Positions 50,782 to 52,648 of a stretch of 52,648 nt of DNA are shown piece by piece. Position 1 is the stretch's first letter. Each line of letters starts with the position of its first letter. The position numbers were made by a program, and so were the translations under genes. This DNA is from an uncultured bacterium (GTDB lineage Bacteria; Vulcanimicrobiota; Vulcanimicrobiia; Vulcanimicrobiales; Vulcanimicrobiaceae), in contig CAXTNU010000001.1 in NCBI GenBank assembly GCA_964245595.1, positions 1 to 52,648 on the forward strand. Reading direction: 5' to 3'. Below the pieces are notes generated by a model that had not been told where the DNA came from, searched no databases, and was given only the letters and a program-made list of their open reading frames with translations.

Positions 50782-52029
50782 CTACGGCACGTCGTGGCGG
50801 GAGGTGAGCTCGGCGACGCGGGCGCGCAGCGCGTCCTGCTTGGCGCGGGTCTCGATGTCGTCCAGCGCTTCGCCGATGATGCGGCCGACTTCGCGCGCTT
50901 CGTCTTCGCCGAAGCCGCGCGAGGTGATCGCGGGCGAGCCGATCCGGATGCCGCTGGTGATCGCGGGCTTCTGCGGATCGAATGGGATCGCGTTCTTGTT
51001 GACCGTGATCTGGATCTCGTCGAGGTACGCCTCGACGGCCTTGCCGGTCAGGTTCTTGGGCGTGAGGTCGACCAGCAGCAGGTGCGTGTCGGTGCCGCCG
51101 CCGACGAGCCGCACGCCGGCCCGGGCCAGCTCCTCGCCCATCGCCTTGGCGTTGGCGATGACGTTCTGCTGGTACGTCTTGAACGCCGGCTGCAGCGCCT
51201 CGCCGAACGCCACCGCCTTGGCCGCGATGGTGTGCATGAACGGGCCGCCCTGGATACCCGGGAAGACGCTCTTGTCGATCGCCGTGCCGTGCTCGGCCTT
51301 GGACACGATCAGGCCGCCGCGCGGGCCGCGCAGCGTCTTGTGCGTGGTCGAGGTCGAGAAGTCGGCCAGCGGCACGGGCGAGGGGTGCAGGCCGACCGCG
51401 ACCAGGCCCGCTATGTGCGCCATGTCGACCATGAACAGCGCGCCGACCTCGTCGGCGATCTCGCGGAAGGGCGCGTAGTCCATCGTGCGCGGATAGGCGC
51501 TGGCGCCGGCGACGATGAGCTTGGGCTTGTGCTCGCGCGCCAGCTCGCGGACCTGGTCGAAGTCGATCAGCTCGGTGTCGCGCCGGATCCCGTAGGCGAC
51601 CGCGTTGTAGAGCTTGCCGCTGAACGAGACCTTCGTCCCGTGCGTCAGGTGGCCGCCGTGAGCGAGCGACATGCCCAGGATCGTGTCGCCCGGCTCGAGC
51701 ACGGCCATCATCACGGCCATGTTGGCCTGCGCGCCGGCGTGCGGCTGGACGTTGGCGTGGTCGGCGCCGAACAGTCGCTTGAGCCGCGCGATGGCGAGGG
51801 TCTCGGCCACGTCGACCCACTCGCAGCCGCCGTAGTAGCGCCGGCCGGGATAGCCTTCGGCGTACTTGTTGGTCAGCACCGAGGCCGAGGCTTCGCGCAC
51901 CGCCCGGCTGGCGTAGTTCTCCGAGGCGATCAGCTCGAGGTTCTCGCGCTGGCGGCGTTCCTCGCGCTCGATCGCGGCGTACAGCTCGGGATCGGCGGCG
52001 GCGAGCGTCTGGGATTCGAGCAGTTGCAT
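50782..52029 (-). CDS. glyA: Serine hydroxymethyltransferase
   Basis: [40 protein letters not shown]. Confidence 0.99.
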   Translation of the reverse strand: MQLLESQTLAAADPELYAAIEREERRQRENLELIASENYASRAVREASASVLTNKYAEGYPGRRYYGGCEWVDVAETLAIARLKRLFGADHANVQPHAGAQANMAVMMAVLEPGDTILGMSLAHGGHLTHGTKVSFSGKLYNAVAYGIRRDTELIDFDQVRELAREHKPKLIVAGASAYPRTMDYAPFREIADEVGALFMVDMAHIAGLVAVGLHPSPVPLADFSTSTTHKTLRGPRGGLIVSKAEHGTAIDKSVFPGIQGGPFMHTIAAKAVAFGEALQPAFKTYQQNVIANAKAMGEELARAGVRLVGGGTDTHLLLVDLTPKNLTGKAVEAYLDEIQITVNKNAIPFDPQKPAITSGIRIGSPAITSRGFGEDEAREVGRIIGEALDDIETRAKQDALRARVAELTSRHDVP

Positions 52030-52036
52030 GTCGCGT

Positions 52037-52297
52037 TCAGCCTCGGTCGTCGGTGTCGATGTCGCTGCGGCGCTTGATCAGCGTCGTGGCGGAATAGTCG
52101 GGCTTCGCCACCGGCGCCTTGGACGCCCCGCCCCAGCGCAGGACCTGCACCAGGATCAGCAGGCCGACCGTCGCGACCAGCGCCAGCCAGAAGGTCGGGC
52201 CGGCATAGCGCGGCTGGGTGTGGTCGAACAGGTATTCGGCCAGCGCGATGGCGACCGCGGCGAGGGGGACGATGTTGCCGAGCGTTTGGCGGTCTAT
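52037..52297 (-). CDS. Small two-TM membrane protein (start codon unclear)
   Basis: Two hydrophobic helices directly upstream of glyA. Confidence 0.45.
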   Translation of the reverse strand: MDRQTLGNIVPLAAVAIALAEYLFDHTQPRYAGPTFWLALVATVGLLILVQVLRWGGASKAPVAKPDYSATTLIKRRSDIDTDDRG

Positions 52298-52309
52298 GAC
52301 GGACTCCCG

Positions 52310-52648
52310 GTGAAGCGTGCGGCGGTGCGGATCGCTCTTTCGAGTTCGGCCTTTCGGCGCCCGTTCGCCGCGGGCGAGCTGACCCAATTGGAGTGGGTCG
52401 AGCGCTGCGCCGCCGCGCTGGGCGCCGACGGGATCGTCTGCGACGTGGCCGATTTTCCGCGCACCGATGCCGAGTACGTCGCGCAGCTGCGCAAGGTTGC
52501 GGTCGACTTGGGCATCGTCCCGTTCGGGCTGGACGCGCCGGCCTTCTTGGACCCGGCGGCCGAGCCGGGCGCGCGCGAGGCGACGCTCGCGCTGGCCAGC
52601 GGCATGGGCGCGCTCGCATGCAGGCGCGCGGCGTTGTCCGTTGACCGG
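52310..52648 (+). CDS. 5' part of a xylose-isomerase-like TIM-barrel protein (runs off window)
   Basis: RIALSSSAF...LTQLEWVERCA..LGADG...YVAQLRK.A.DLG. Confidence 0.6.
   Translation, partial: MKRAAVRIALSSSAFRRPFAAGELTQLEWVERCAAALGADGIVCDVADFPRTDAEYVAQLRKVAVDLGIVPFGLDAPAFLDPAAEPGAREATLALASGMGALACRRAALSVDR

Overview
High-GC bacterial chromosome segment. Gene order and the b/b' ATP synthase tentatively suggest a Terrabacteria lineage such as Ca. Eremiobacterota; this is an inference. The core backbone on the minus strand runs glyA, upp, GNAT, GGR-family oxidoreductase, then dCMP deaminase, MraY/WecA-like transferase, wecB and a complete atp operon. On the left is a plus-strand sugar-acid/sulfur uptake cluster. 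The main discovery is a 26,119-bp island integrated into the 5' end of the dCMP deaminase gene. It is bounded by a 12-bp direct repeat (CAGCCGGGGCGC at 19582-19593 and 45701-45712) and carries an in-frame replacement 5' end for that gene, with the displaced 5' end stranded at 45713-45759. I could not recognise an integrase in it. The cargo includes a non-canonical 7-deazaguanine DNA-modification (Dpd-like) operon: dpdC-like, DGQHR, dpdA, second DGQHR, queC, queD, a Pycsar-type transmembrane effector and a HAD hydrolase. This operon lacks dpdD-K and is instead paired divergently with a UvrD helicase and an Fe-S PD-(D/E)XK nuclease. Other cargo: an ImmA-PIN module, tandem double-wHTH genes, a hairpin-rich non-coding stretch, an HTH-SWIM-DDE transposase cluster and a NERD-like nuclease. 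Outside the island are palindromic intergenic elements carrying coupled mini-ORFs in the atp operon, an XRE-ImmA-PIN module and a HEPN + BolA-like pair. Several accessory genes have single-base frameshifts, either real decay or long-read errors. All family assignments come from motif reading by eye; no searches were run.
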